Assembly (NCBI GenBank): GCA_965221595.1
Contig: OZ244900.1
Span: 2,159,736 to 2,223,735 of the forward strand
Length of the DNA: 64,000 bases
DNA from: Vicinamibacterales bacterium
GTDB lineage: Bacteria; Acidobacteriota; Vicinamibacteria; Vicinamibacterales; UBA8438
Direction of reading: 5' to 3'
The notes beneath the pieces are model-generated. The model was not told where the DNA came from, made no database searches, and was given only the letters and a program-made list of their open reading frames with translations. A program made the position numbers and the translations under genes. Numbering within the stretch: the stretch's first letter is position 1; every line of letters starts with the position of its first letter. Shown here in pieces: positions 1 to 12,823 of this stretch.

Positions 1-1620
1 CGGCAGTATCGTCATGCGGATGACTGCGCCCTCCTTGCCGAGCAGCCCGACCACGGCCGAGGCGGCCACCACGTTGTGCACGCAGATCATGTTGCCCGCA
101 GCGCCCCCGACCGCCTGCAGGGCGACAATCCAGGTCGGATCGACTGCGATGCGCTCGCCCATCTCGAACTGAAACAGCGAGAACATCATGTTGCTGACGG
201 TGTTGCTGCCGGCCACCGCCGCACCGATGCCGCCGATGAACGGAGCGAAGAGCGGCCACGCCGTGCCGGCCAGCGCCGCCACGCCGTCCGCCAGGGCGAT
301 AGGCATGCGCTCGAAGCCGGCGCCGCCGCCGCCGCTGTTGATGAACACCTGCACCATCGGCACGGTGAAGAGCAGAGCCACCGAGGCGGCGGCCGTGACG
401 CGCAGCGACGAAGTCCACGACTGGCGGTACGCCGCGATCGGAATCCGGTGCATGCGCCACGTGGCGAGCGAGGCCACGATGAAAACGGTGCCCGGCAGGA
501 ACAGCGGCTGCACGCTGGCCGAGACGTCCGTGCCGAAGATGTTGGGCCAGCTCACGGTCCACGCCTGGAGCCAGCCGCCGAACGGCAACTCGCGCAGGCG
601 GGTCAGCAACAGCAACGCCGCCACCAGCACGTACGGCGACCAGGCCTTGGCGAGGCTCATCGAGCCGCTCTCGGGCGCGACATCGCGGGGCTGGACGGAG
701 CCGGTCCAATCGGCCGGCCATTTCTCCCGCTGGTCGAACTCCCAGCACTCGTTCGGCCCCGGCATCAGGAATCCGGCGCGCGCCGCCGTCACGACGATGG
801 TCAGGCCTGCCAGGCTTCCCAACAGCGCCGGGAACTCCGGGCCCAGAAGGTAGGCCGCGGCCACGTAGGGCAGCGTCATCGCGAGCGCTGCGAAGAGCGC
901 GAACTTCCAGACCTGCAGCCCCTCGGCCAGTGAGCGGTTGGCGCCGAAGAAGCGGGTCATGGCCGAGACCAGGATCAGCGGCACCAGCGTGCCGGCCACC
1001 GCGTGGAGAACCGCCACGCGCAGGCCGATGAGCGCCAGGAACGAACTCCAGTCGGCAAAGCCGCGCTGCAGCGCGTACTCCGCGATGGCCGGGTCGGCCG
1101 ACAGCCCGGTGTTCACGCCGACCAGTATCGGCGTGCCGGCGGCGCCGAAGCTGACCGGCGTGCTCTGGATGATCATGCCGGCCACCACGGCGGCCATGCC
1201 GGGGAAGCCGAGACCGACCAGCAGCGGGACAGCCACCGCGGCGGGCGTGCCGAAGCCGGCCGAGCCCTCGATGAACGAGCCGAACAGCCAGGCGATGATG
1301 ATTACCTGCACCCGCCGGTCGGGCGTGATATCCGTAAAGCCCTGCCGGATGGTCTTCAGGGCGCCGCCTTCCTGCAGCGTGTTCAGCAGCAGGATGGCGC
1401 CAAAGATGATGTACAGGACGGTGAGCGCAACCACCAGGCCGTTGATCGACGCGGCCGCGACCTGTACGACGGGGACCTGCCACACGACGAGCGCCAGCAC
1501 GATGGCGACGCCGTACGACAGCGGCATCGCCCGGCGGGCCGGCCAGCGCAGCCCGACCAGGAAGACGGCGACGGTGATGATCGGCAGCAACGACAGGATG
1601 GACAGCGTTGCGATGTTCAT
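1..1620 (-). CDS. lctP: L-lactate permease (LctP family); the 3' end runs off the window
   Basis: Absent from the ORF track because there is no stop inside the window. My reverse translation from the ATG at 1620-1618 gives [17 protein letters not shown]...[42 protein letters not shown]...[14 protein letters not shown]...[29 protein letters not shown]. This follows E. coli LldP motif by motif. The + strand ORFs 76-933 and 938-1723 are Arg/Ala-rich antisense artefacts. Confidence 0.85.
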   Translation of the reverse strand, partial: MNIATLSILSLLPIITVAVFLVGLRWPARRAMPLSYGVAIVLALVVWQVPVVQVAAASINGLVVALTVLYIIFGAILLLNTLQEGGALKTIRQGFTDITPDRRVQVIIIAWLFGSFIEGSAGFGTPAAVAVPLLVGLGFPGMAAVVAGMIIQSTPVSFGAAGTPILVGVNTGLSADPAIAEYALQRGFADWSSFLALIGLRVAVLHAVAGTLVPLILVSAMTRFFGANRSLAEGLQVWKFALFAALAMTLPYVAAAYLLGPEFPALLGSLAGLTIVVTAARAGFLMPGPNECWEFDQREKWPADWTGSVQPRDVAPESGSMSLAKAWSPYVLVAALLLLTRLRELPFGGWLQAWTVSWPNIFGTDVSASVQPLFLPGTVFIVASLATWRMHRIPIAAYRQSWTSSLRVTAAASVALLFTVPMVQVFINSGGGGAGFERMPIALADGVAALAGTAWPLFAPFIGGIGAAVAGSNTVSNMMFSLFQFEMGERIAVDPTWIVALQAVGGAAGNMICVHNVVAASAVVGLLGKEGAVIRMTILP

Positions 1621-1696
1621 GGCGGGCGCCATTCTACCGCAAGGCGCGCACAGCCGCCGCGCAGCGCGGGCCGCACGGCCGACGAGCACCCCGACC

Positions 1697-4320
<2,624 letters not shown>

Positions 4321-4337
<17 letters not shown>

Positions 4338-5097
4338 CGAGCCGCCGCAGGGCCTCGGCCGCTGCCATCTGCTGGGCTTCCTTCTTGCTGCGCCCCTCTG
4401 CGCGCGCCACCGCTTCGTCGCCGACATGCACGTCGACCACGAAGACCTTCCGATGGTCTGGACCATGCGTCGCAGCCACCGTGTACTGGGGAAGGGGCCG
4501 GCCGCGCGCCTGCAGCCACTCCTGGAACGACGACTTGTGGTCGTCGACGAGGCCGGAGACCTGCTGCCCGGCGCGCAGCTGGGCCAGCGCCCGTCGGAAG
4601 TGGCGCTCGATGAAATCGTCGGCCGCCGCGAGACCCCCGTCGAGGTAGATGGCGGCCACGACGGCTTCGAACGCATCGGCAAGCAGAGACGGTTTTCGTC
4701 TCCCACCGCTCTTCTCCTCGCCGCGTCCGAGGAGCAGATCGTCGCCGAGACCCAGTTCCTCGCCCAGCCTGGCCAGCGACGGGGCCGAGACGAGCAACGA
4801 CTTGGCCTTCGACTTGCGGCCCTCGTCGTAGTCGGGAAACTCGCGGAACAGGCGGTCCGCAATCACGAGGCCGAGCACGGCGTCGCCGAGGAACTCGAGC
4901 GACTCGTTGTCGGCCGCGACCGCCGCGGTGTCCTCGTGCACCCGGGACCGATGCGTCAGTGCCTGGTCCAGCAGGCCGCGATCACGGAAACTGTAGCCGA
5001 GCCGCGTCTCCAACGTCGCAGCGCCGGCGTCGTTCCGAAAATCACGGACCGCGCGCCAGCCCGCGGCCACGATCTCGCCGACCTTGCGTACACTCAT
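4321..5097 (-). CDS. rnc: ribonuclease III
   Basis: Contains the RNase III signature NESLEFLGDAVLGLVIADRLF, plus SLLADAFEAVVAAIYLDGG and a C-terminal dsRBD (GPDHRKVFVVDVHV...GRSKKEAQQMAAAEAL). Its 3' end overlaps the convergent ATPase gene by 17 nt. Confidence 0.95.
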
Positions 5098-5109
5098 AAC
5101 GAGGTTGCC

Positions 5110-5709
5110 TTGCCGAGATCGATCCTTGCCGCCCCGCGCCGTCTCTACGATTGGACGCTCCGGTGGGCCGACACCCCCCAGGCGCTCAACGCGTTGTTCC
5201 TGGTCGCGCTGACGGAGTCGTCGTTCTTTCCGATTCCCCCCGACGTTCTGCTCATCGCGATCGTCGCCGCAAGGCCCGCCGGCTGGCTGCGGGCCGCCGC
5301 GTACTGCGTCAGCGGCTCATTCATCGGGGCTGCGATCGGCTACGCCATCGGCGCGGGGCTCATGACCGCTATCGGCGATCCGATTATCGCCTTCTACGGT
5401 GCGCATCACCACTGGGACCGCTTCGTGACCCTGGCCGACAGGTGGGGCAGCTGGTTTCTGGCGGCGGCGGCGTTCACGCCCATTCCGTTCAAGGTGGCCA
5501 CGATCGCCGCTGGCGCGACCGCGATGCCGTTTCTGCCGTTCCTGGCCATCAGCCTCATCGGGCGCGCGGCCCGCTTCTTCCTCGTTGCAGCGATCCTGCG
5601 GGTTTTCGGCGCGCCGATCCGCCGATTGCTGGAGCGGCACTTCGACGTCGCGTCGATTCTCTTTCTGCTGCTGCTGGTGGGCGGATTCCTGGTGCTGCGC
5701 CTGCTGTAG
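5110..5709 (+). CDS. YqaA/DedA-related (SNARE-associated, PF09335-like) inner-membrane protein
   Basis: Only the C-terminal part of track ORF 4426-5709 is protein-like: RRLYDWTLRWADTPQALNALFLVALTESSFFPIPPDVLLIAIV...FTPIPFKVATIAAG. The only in-frame start after rnc is TTG 5110, 12 bp from the divergent rnc ATG. Confidence 0.75.
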   Translation: MPRSILAAPRRLYDWTLRWADTPQALNALFLVALTESSFFPIPPDVLLIAIVAARPAGWLRAAAYCVSGSFIGAAIGYAIGAGLMTAIGDPIIAFYGAHHHWDRFVTLADRWGSWFLAAAAFTPIPFKVATIAAGATAMPFLPFLAISLIGRAARFFLVAAILRVFGAPIRRLLERHFDVASILFLLLLVGGFLVLRLL

Positions 5710-5738
5710 CACCAGACAGACTGCCGCCGCGGTTTGCC

Positions 5739-5868
5739 GGCAGCCCGAGGCAAAGTCCCCGCGGCATTCGACAGGCGCTGCATCCCGCCTGACTGGGTTG
5801 TCGCGCCTTGCCAGGCGGGCGCCGCGCCCGGCTCGGGTGCGCCGCGGGGTTTCACGACGGGCTGCTAG
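5739..5868 (+). repeat. dispersed intergenic repeat, copy A
   Basis: GGCAGCCCGAGGCAAAGTCCCCGCGGCATTCGACAGGCGCTGCATCCCGCCTGAC...GGGTTTCACGACGGGCTGCTAG. It shares its core and 3' module with copies at 10583, 16467, 23031 and 34437. The arms GCAGCCCG and CGGGCTGC are inverted repeats. Confidence 0.7.
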
Positions 5869-6215
5869 AGTTCGCGCCCGGCCCCGGTCGCAAACGCCGT
5901 GGACGCACGGATCCAATCGAGGTAATCCCGGCTGCCGCCGACGATCGGCAGGACGAGAATCTCCGGCACGTCATACGGATGGAGCTGGCGAATGCGCCCG
6001 ACGAGGGGCTCCACCCGCTCCCGCGTCGTCTTGACGAGCAGCTGCTGCTCGGTTTCCGTCTCGACGCCGTCGCGCCAGCGATAGACCGAGCGCACGCCCG
6101 GCAGCGTGCTGACGCAGGCCGCCAGGCGTTCCTCGACCAGGGTTCGCCCGAAAGCCGCGGCGTCGGCGCTCGCCGGCAACGTCGTGCAGACAACCACGCA
6201 ACCCGTGTCGGTCAC
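5865..6215 (-). CDS. cutA: divalent-cation tolerance protein CutA
   Basis: CVVVCTTLPASADAAAFGRTLVEERLAACVSTLPGVRSVYRWRDGVETETEQQLLVKTT...YDVPEILVLPI is the CutA1 fold signature. I chose the GTG start at 6215 (116 aa). The track ATG at 6290 adds an Arg/Ala-rich extension. Confidence 0.85.
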   Translation of the reverse strand: MTDTGCVVVCTTLPASADAAAFGRTLVEERLAACVSTLPGVRSVYRWRDGVETETEQQLLVKTTRERVEPLVGRIRQLHPYDVPEILVLPIVGGSRDYLDWIRASTAFATGAGREL

Positions 6216-6269
6216 CGCCTGCCCTCCGCACGGTCGGCCGGCCGCGACGCGCGATCGCGCAGCTTGCCA

Positions 6270-6298
6270 TTGACCGCGTGCGGACGGCATGTTAACAT
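6270..6298 (+). promoter_or_regulatory. sigma70-like promoter candidate for the initiator tRNA
   Basis: TTGACC (6270-6275), a 17-nt spacer, then TAACAT (6293-6298). The tRNA 5' end lies 17 nt downstream. A second -10-like TACAAT sits at 6305-6310. Confidence 0.4.
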
Positions 6299-6314
6299 CA
6301 CTGCTACAATTCGA

Positions 6315-6391
<77 letters not shown>

Positions 6392-6403
6392 TCCCCCCTC
6401 TTC

Positions 6404-7303
6404 ATGGTTTGGGCTGCCGGCATCGCCCCGGTCATCTGCGCCATTCTTCTCGGAGTCTGGACGACCGCGGTGCACGGCACGGGTCAGGATCCGGCTCTTC
6501 TGCGGGCCGCTGCCGAACGTGGAGAGGCCGAGGCCCAGTACCAGCTGGGACGCGCCTACCAGCGGGGCGACGGCATTCCCCGCGATCGCGCGCAGGGCGT
6601 CCGGTGGTTGAGACTGGCGGCCGACCAGGGCCACGTCGAGGCCCAGAACGACCTCGGCAACGCCTATGCGAACGGTGCCGGCGTGGTCCAGGATGCCGCG
6701 CAGGCCGTGCACTGGTTCCGCCTGGCCGCCGACCAGGATTTCGCGATAGCCCAGGGCAATCTCGGGTTGGCCTACGCCAACGGCGTGGGCGTGCTGCGGG
6801 ACGATGTCCAGGCCTTGCGCTGGTTCCGCCTCGCGGCCGAGCAGGAGCTCGCGATCGCACAACACCATCTCGGGCTGGCCTACGCCAACGGCCTCGCTGT
6901 CGAGGACGATGCCGCCCAGGCGGTGCATTGGTTCGGCCTCGCCGCCGACCAGGGTCATCCCGACGCGCAGTACAATCTGGCCGTCGCGCATGCCAACGGC
7001 CTGGGCGGACTGCCTCAGGACGCGGCTGAGGCGGTGCGCTGGTTCGGCCTGGCCGCCGACCAGGGCCACTCGGCCGCGCAGGGCAATCTGGGCATCGCCT
7101 ACTCGAACGGACTCGGCGTCCCCAGGAGCGCCGTGGAAGCAGTCCGCTGGTATCGTCTCGCCGCCGAGCGCGGGTACGGAGCAGCGGAATTCGCGCTGCC
7201 CGAACTCGAGGCGATCATGACCAGCGAGGAGCTGGAGGAAGCTGAGCGGCTGGCGCGCGAGTGGCGGCTCGACTTTCGGCAACGACGATTGGGACGACGC
7301 TGA
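6404..7303 (+). CDS. Sel1-like repeat (SLR/TPR-family) protein with N-terminal membrane anchor
   Basis: Six consecutive 36-37-aa units of the form AxAQxxLGxAYxxGxGVxxDxxxAVxWFRLAADQG. The N-terminus MVWAAGIAPVICAILLGVWTTAV is hydrophobic. Confidence 0.9.
   Translation: MVWAAGIAPVICAILLGVWTTAVHGTGQDPALLRAAAERGEAEAQYQLGRAYQRGDGIPRDRAQGVRWLRLAADQGHVEAQNDLGNAYANGAGVVQDAAQAVHWFRLAADQDFAIAQGNLGLAYANGVGVLRDDVQALRWFRLAAEQELAIAQHHLGLAYANGLAVEDDAAQAVHWFGLAADQGHPDAQYNLAVAHANGLGGLPQDAAEAVRWFGLAADQGHSAAQGNLGIAYSNGLGVPRSAVEAVRWYRLAAERGYGAAEFALPELEAIMTSEELEEAERLAREWRLDFRQRRLGRR
6527..7177 (+). repeat. tandem ~108-nt coding repeats (6 units) inside the Sel1 gene
   Basis: Visible DNA-level periodicity. For example, GTGCACTGGTTCCGCCTGGCCGCCGACCAGG (about 6708), GTGCATTGGTTCGGCCTCGCCGCCGACCAGGG (about 6925) and GTGCGCTGGTTCGGCCTGGCCGCCGACCAGGG (about 7036). 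Confidence 0.85.
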
Positions 7304-7396
7304 CATGTACCGAACTCCCGCCCTGCTCTGCACGCTCGCTCCGCGTTGCTCGACTGAGCCCGCGGACGCTGCGCTCCCCGCTTCCCTGCCGCATCG

Positions 7397-8701
7397 ATGA
7401 AACCCCGGACGACCGCATCGGCTCTGGTTCTGACCCTTGTCGCGGCAGCGGCGGCTGCCCGGCAGGCGCCGCAGGTCCCGGTACCCGACGAGATCGTCGC
7501 AACGCTGCCCGCCGGCGTGCCCGACCAGCCGGTAGTGCTCAGCGCGGACGGCCAACGGTTCCGGGTCGTGCCGATCAAGGGACTGGTCCGGCCCTGGGCA
7601 CTCGCTGTCCTGCCGAATCTCGATGTCCTGGTCACCGAGCGGGAGGGCCGCCTTCGCATCATTCGGAACGGGGTCCTCGATCCTGCGCCAATCACCGGCT
7701 TGCCGGAAATCAACACGGGGGCCGTGAACTCCGGTCTGATGGACATCGTCCTGCATCCACGCTACGCGGAGAATCAGCTCGTCTACTTCACCTACTCGAA
7801 GCCGATGCCGGGCAACCCGCACAACGACTTCCAGGGTGGACCCGGCGGCCCGCCCATCCAGCGCGATGCGGCCACCGCCACGCTGGCGCGGGCCCGCTAC
7901 GACGGGGGCGGTGCCCTGGAGGATGTAACGGACGTCTTCGTATCCGACGCGTGGTCGCAGGGCACATCGGGCGCGCGAATCGCCTTCGGCCGTGACGGCC
8001 GCATCATCATGACCGTCGGCATGCCCACCCGCCACATGATCGGCACGGCCGACGACGCGCAGAATCCGGCGAACCACGCGGGCAAGGTGCTGCGACTCAA
8101 CGCGGACGGCTCGGCGCCGCGCGACAACCCGTTCGTGGGGCGGGCAGGCTACCGGCCCGAGATCTACGCTCTGGGCATTCGCAACGCACTGGGACTGTAC
8201 GTCCATCCGGATACCGGACGGATCTGGGAAACCGAGAACGGGCCGAGGGGCGGTGACGAGCTGAACGTTATCGAGGCCGGCCGGAACTACGGGTGGCCTG
8301 TCGTCTCCTACGGCAGCGACTACACCGGCAACAAGCTCGGCGGCCTGTCCGGAACCACGTCGGAGCACCCCTGGGCGCCCGGCATGGAGGAGCCTTTCGC
8401 GTTCTGGATGCCGTCGCCCGCGCTGGCGGGCATCACCTTCTACACGGGCGACCGGTTTCCGACGTGGCGGGGCAACGCGTTCATCGCCGCCATGGGACGA
8501 GGCAACCTGGGCAGCCGCCAGCTGCACCGGATCGTATTCGACGCCGAAGGGCGCATCCAGCGCAACGGAATTCGTCCCGTGCTGGCCGAGCTCAAGCAAC
8601 GGTTGCGCGACGTGCGGCAGGGGCCGGACGGCCTCCTGTACCTGACCGTCGACGAGGCAGACGGAGCCGTGCTGCGGCTCGAGCCGCTCGGCGAGTCCTG
8701 A
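7397..8701 (+). CDS. PQQ-dependent soluble sugar (glucose/sorbosone) dehydrogenase, YliI-like beta-propeller, secreted
   Basis: Signal peptide MKPRTTASALVLTLVAAAAAA. Family-typical strings include PWALAVLPNLDVLVTEREGRLRII, MDIVLHP, HAGKVLRLNADGSAPRDNPF, EIYALGIRNALGL and GGDELNVIEAGRNYGWP. Confidence 0.85.
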   Translation: MKPRTTASALVLTLVAAAAAARQAPQVPVPDEIVATLPAGVPDQPVVLSADGQRFRVVPIKGLVRPWALAVLPNLDVLVTEREGRLRIIRNGVLDPAPITGLPEINTGAVNSGLMDIVLHPRYAENQLVYFTYSKPMPGNPHNDFQGGPGGPPIQRDAATATLARARYDGGGALEDVTDVFVSDAWSQGTSGARIAFGRDGRIIMTVGMPTRHMIGTADDAQNPANHAGKVLRLNADGSAPRDNPFVGRAGYRPEIYALGIRNALGLYVHPDTGRIWETENGPRGGDELNVIEAGRNYGWPVVSYGSDYTGNKLGGLSGTTSEHPWAPGMEEPFAFWMPSPALAGITFYTGDRFPTWRGNAFIAAMGRGNLGSRQLHRIVFDAEGRIQRNGIRPVLAELKQRLRDVRQGPDGLLYLTVDEADGAVLRLEPLGES

Positions 8702-9232
<531 letters not shown>

Positions 9233-9260
9233 CGACCGCAGTCGAGGAGGAACGACACCC

Positions 9261-10559
9261 ATGCAACTGCTCAGCAGCCGGCTGATTCCTGTTGGCATCG
9301 TCCTCTTCGTGCTGGGCACGCCGTATGCGGCGTGGGCCCAGGACGACGCACTGAACACGGGCGATACGGCGTGGATGCTGACCGCGAGCGTCCTGGTCCT
9401 GTTCATGACGATTCCCGGCCTCTCGCTCTTCTACGCGGGTCTCGTGCGGGCCAAGAACGTCCTGTCGGTGATGATGCAGTGCTTCGCCATCACCTGCCTG
9501 GTCACCATCCTGTGGACGCTGTACGGCTACGGCCTCGCATTCGGTGACGGCGGCGCCCTCAATGCCTTCGTGGGCATGGGCAACCTGTTGCTGTCGGACG
9601 TGGGCGTGGACACGGTATCCGGCACCATTCCGGAGTCCGTGTTCCAGATGTTCCAGCTCACTTTCGCCATCATCACGCCGGCGCTCATCGTCGGTGCGTT
9701 CGCGGAACGGATGAAGTTCTCCGCGATGCTCTGGTTCATGGGCATCTGGATGACCCTCGTCTACGCGCCCGTCGCCCACTGGGTCTGGGGCGGCGGCTGG
9801 CTGGGAGACCTCGGTGTCCTGGACTTCGCCGGCGGCACGGTCGTGCACATCAACGCGGGGATGGCCGCGCTCGTGCTCTGCCTCGTACTCGGCAAGCGGG
9901 TCGGCTATCCCGAGACGCCGATGGCGCCGAACAGCCTGGTGCTGACCGTGGTCGGCGCGTCAATGCTGTGGGTCGGTTGGTTCGGCTTCAATGCCGGCAG
10001 CCAACTGGCCGCTGACGGCGTGGCCGGGATGGCAATGGCCGTCACGCACATCTGTACGGCGACGGCCGCGTTCACGTGGATGATCGTCGAGTGGCTGCGC
10101 CACGGCAAGCCGAGCGTCCTGGGGATCGCCACCGGGGCGGTCGCAGGCCTCGTCGCCATCACGCCGGCGTCCGGCACGGTCGGTCCGCTCGGAGCGATAC
10201 TGATCGGGATCGCGTCCGGGGTCCTGTGCTTCCTGGCCGCCAGCAACCTGAAGCGGGCGATGGGCTACGACGACTCTCTCGACGTGTTCGGGGTCCACGG
10301 CGTCGGAGGTTTCGTCGGCGCGATACTGACGGGCGTGTTCACCGCCGAGGTGTTCGGCGGAGCCGGCCTCGACAACGGCATCGGGACCCAGCTCGGGCTG
10401 CAGTTCCTCGGGGCGGCGGCCACCATCGTCTACAGCGGCGTGCTGACCTGGATCATCCTCAAGGTCCTGGATGCCGCCATCGGGCTGCGCGTCACGGCCG
10501 CGGAGGAAGAGGAAGGACTCGACATCGCCCTGCACAACGAACGCGGGTTCAGCCTGTAG
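9261..10559 (+). CDS. amtB: ammonium transporter
   Basis: Internal ATG of track ORF 9099-10559. Contains DTAWMLTASVLVLFMTIPGLSLFYAGLVRAKN, AGGTVVHINAGMAALV and the Amt signature FGVHGVGGFVGAILTGVF. Confidence 0.95.
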   Translation: MQLLSSRLIPVGIVLFVLGTPYAAWAQDDALNTGDTAWMLTASVLVLFMTIPGLSLFYAGLVRAKNVLSVMMQCFAITCLVTILWTLYGYGLAFGDGGALNAFVGMGNLLLSDVGVDTVSGTIPESVFQMFQLTFAIITPALIVGAFAERMKFSAMLWFMGIWMTLVYAPVAHWVWGGGWLGDLGVLDFAGGTVVHINAGMAALVLCLVLGKRVGYPETPMAPNSLVLTVVGASMLWVGWFGFNAGSQLAADGVAGMAMAVTHICTATAAFTWMIVEWLRHGKPSVLGIATGAVAGLVAITPASGTVGPLGAILIGIASGVLCFLAASNLKRAMGYDDSLDVFGVHGVGGFVGAILTGVFTAEVFGGAGLDNGIGTQLGLQFLGAAATIVYSGVLTWIILKVLDAAIGLRVTAAEEEEGLDIALHNERGFSL

Positions 10560-10582
10560 AGTCTGCGGGCCGGAGGACTGGC

Positions 10583-10746
10583 CAGCAGCCCGTGGCAAAG
10601 TCCCCGCGGCATTCGACGGGCGCTGCATCCCGCGTGACGGGGTTGCTCCGCGGTCGACTATGGCCGATAGGCTCTCTCGTCGCGCCTGGCCAGGCGGGGG
10701 CCTCGCCTGTCTCGGTGCGACGCAGGGTTTCACCACGGGCTGCTAG
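10583..10746 (+). repeat. dispersed intergenic repeat, copy B (longest, best preserved)
   Basis: CAGCAGCCCGTGGCAAAGTCCCCGCGGCATTCGACGGGCGCTGCATCCCGCGTGACGGGGTTGC...GTCTCGGTGCGACGCAGGGTTTCACCACGGGCTGCTAG. It has a perfect 12-nt terminal inverted repeat (AGCAGCCCGTGG / CCACGGGCTGCT). Confidence 0.8.
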
Positions 10747-11927
10747 CGGACGGCACCCGCGGCCCGCAGCTCTGCGACCTCGCTGTCCGAATAGCCCGCT
10801 TCGCCCAGTACCTCCGTCGTGTGCTGGCCCAGCAGGGGCGCGGGCCGGCCGGCTGCGAGAGGCGTTCGCGACAGCTTGAGCGGCGTGCCCAGGGTGCGCA
10901 GCCTCCCCAGCGTGGGGTGGTCAGTGTCGACCACCATCCCGCGCGCCACAATCTGCTCGTCCGTCAGCGCCTCGGCATAGCTGTTGATGGGGCCGCAGGG
11001 AATGCCCTCCGCCTCGAAACGCGCCAACCAGTGCTTGCGCGCACGGGTGCGGGTGACCTTCTCGATGCGATCCGCCAGCACGCGGTGGTTGGCCACCCGC
11101 GCGGTGTCGTCCGCGAACCGCGGATCGCCGACCCACTCCGGATGCCCGAGCAGCGCGCTCAGGCGTGCGAACAACCTGTCATTGGCGGCGCCGACCGTGA
11201 TGTAGCCGTCCGCGCACTCGAGAGCCTGATACGGCGCGCTCATGCGGTGCGCCGAGCCGAGCGGCTGCGGCACACGGCCGCTGGACAGGTACTCGGTCGC
11301 CTCCCAGACAGACAGGGCTACGCCGGCCTCGACCAGCGACGTATCGACGTGCTGCCCTGCATCCGTCCGGTGGCGATCGTGCAGCGCAGCCAGAATGCCG
11401 GCCACGGCGAACAGGCTGGCGCCGAGGTCGGTCAGCGGAACGCCGGCCTTGACCGGCGGCCCGTCGGGCTCGCCCGTCACCGACATGATGCCCGACACCC
11501 CCTGCGCCACGAGATCGAAGCCGCCGCGCGCGCCATGTGGCCCGGTCTGGCCGTATCCGGAAATCGACGCGTAGACGAGCCGCCGGTTGACCCGCCTCAG
11601 CTGCTCGTATCCCAGACCCGCCCGCGCCATCGCGCCCGGTCGGTAGTTCTCGACGAGAACGTCCGCTGCGGCCGCAAGGCGCGCGACGACCTGGCGTCCG
11701 CGCTCGTGCTTGATGTCGACCACGATACCCCGCTTGCCGCGGTTGACGGCGTTGAAGCCGGGGCTGTCACCGCCTCGGGCGCCGGCCATGCGACGGGTCG
11801 AGTCGCCCGCCGGCGGCTCGACCTTGATTACGTCGGCGCCCATGTCGCAAAGTAGCATTGCGCAGTACGGCCCCGCCATGACCTGGGTGATGTCGAGCAC
11901 TCGGATGCCGCTCAGTGCATGCTGCAT
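10743..11927 (-). CDS. family III CoA-transferase (CaiB/BaiF family)
   Basis: LSGIRVLDITQVMAGPYCAMLLCDMGADVIKVEPP..GD..R, NRGKRGIVVDIK, LVENYRPGAMARAGLGYEQL and the catalytic-Asp region GFDLVAQGVSGIMSVTG. Confidence 0.9.
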   Translation of the reverse strand: MQHALSGIRVLDITQVMAGPYCAMLLCDMGADVIKVEPPAGDSTRRMAGARGGDSPGFNAVNRGKRGIVVDIKHERGRQVVARLAAAADVLVENYRPGAMARAGLGYEQLRRVNRRLVYASISGYGQTGPHGARGGFDLVAQGVSGIMSVTGEPDGPPVKAGVPLTDLGASLFAVAGILAALHDRHRTDAGQHVDTSLVEAGVALSVWEATEYLSSGRVPQPLGSAHRMSAPYQALECADGYITVGAANDRLFARLSALLGHPEWVGDPRFADDTARVANHRVLADRIEKVTRTRARKHWLARFEAEGIPCGPINSYAEALTDEQIVARGMVVDTDHPTLGRLRTLGTPLKLSRTPLAAGRPAPLLGQHTTEVLGEAGYSDSEVAELRAAGAVR

Positions 11928-11978
11928 CGGTTACCTTCCCGCGTGCTGCAGCCAACCTCGACCAGGGAGATACGACTC

Positions 11979-12764
11979 GTGCCGACCCCCCACGTGCTGT
12001 ACGAACCAGCCGGAGCCGTTGCCTTCGTCACCTTCAATCGCCCGGAAGCACGCAATGCGATGACCTGGGAGATGTACCAGGCGCTGGTCGACTACTGCGA
12101 CCGCGCCGCGGACACGTCCGAAGTCCGCGTCCTGGTGCTGCGCGGGGCCGGCGGCAAGGCATTCGTGGCCGGCACCGACATCGCCCAGTTTCGAGGATTC
12201 ACGTCGGCGCGGGACGGCACGGACTACGAACAACGGCTCGATGCCATTATCGACCGACTCGAGCGTGTCCCGATAGCCACCATCGCCCAGATCGACGGCG
12301 TGGTGACCGGCGGCGGATGCGCCATCGCGGCGGCCTGCGACCTCCGGGTCTGCACGCCGGCCTCGCGCTTCGGGGTGCCGATCGCCCGCACCCTCGGCAA
12401 CTGTCTCTCGGCCGCCAACCATGCACGCTTCCTCGACTTGATCGGCCCGACGCGACTCAAGGAGATGCTCTACACCGGGCGCCTGTTCAGCGCCGGGGAG
12501 GCCCTGGCGGCCGGCCTGGTGAACCGCATCGTCCCGACCGCAGAGCTCGACCGGGCCGTCGGTGAGCTGGCCGCAACAATCGCCGGTAACGCTCCCCTGA
12601 CAGTCAAGGCCACCAAGGAGATGATTCGGCGGGTGCAGGCCGCGCGGCGTATCGAGGCCGCCGCGGGGCACGACCTCATCACCCGGTGCTACACGAGCTC
12701 GGACTTCCGGGAGGGCGTCGAGGCGTTCCTCGCGAAGCGGCCGCCGCGCTGGCAGGGGGCATGA
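11979..12764 (+). CDS. enoyl-CoA hydratase/isomerase (crotonase) family protein
   Basis: AFVTFNRPEARNAMTWEMYQAL...VLRGAGGKAFVAGTDI...GGGCAIAAACDLRV. GTG start at 11979, with AGGGAGA 8 nt upstream. Divergent from the CoA-transferase gene. Confidence 0.9.
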   Translation: MPTPHVLYEPAGAVAFVTFNRPEARNAMTWEMYQALVDYCDRAADTSEVRVLVLRGAGGKAFVAGTDIAQFRGFTSARDGTDYEQRLDAIIDRLERVPIATIAQIDGVVTGGGCAIAAACDLRVCTPASRFGVPIARTLGNCLSAANHARFLDLIGPTRLKEMLYTGRLFSAGEALAAGLVNRIVPTAELDRAVGELAATIAGNAPLTVKATKEMIRRVQAARRIEAAAGHDLITRCYTSSDFREGVEAFLAKRPPRWQGA

Positions 12765-12823
12765 CCGGCAGGGGGCACAATAATATGTGGCAAGTATCCT
12801 CCACGCGAGCCTGGGAGCAGCGA

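Noticed and set aside
5406-5855. Minus-strand ORFs at 5406-5855, 9960-10736 and 34293-34634 share a peptide-like string (GMQRLSNAAGTLPRAAG / GMQRPSNAAGTLPRAAG / [16 protein letters not shown]). Plus-strand mini-ORFs start MPRGLC.
   Set aside because: The shared string is simply the translated repeat core. The copies differ by non-triplet indels, the flanking translated sequence is unrelated, and there is no common start or RBS. The conservation is therefore at nucleotide or RNA level, not protein level.
6527-7177. Regular ~108-nt periodicity that could be mistaken for a CRISPR-like or satellite array
   Set aside because: The period is a multiple of three, lies inside one open frame and encodes canonical Sel1 repeats. 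There are no unique spacers.
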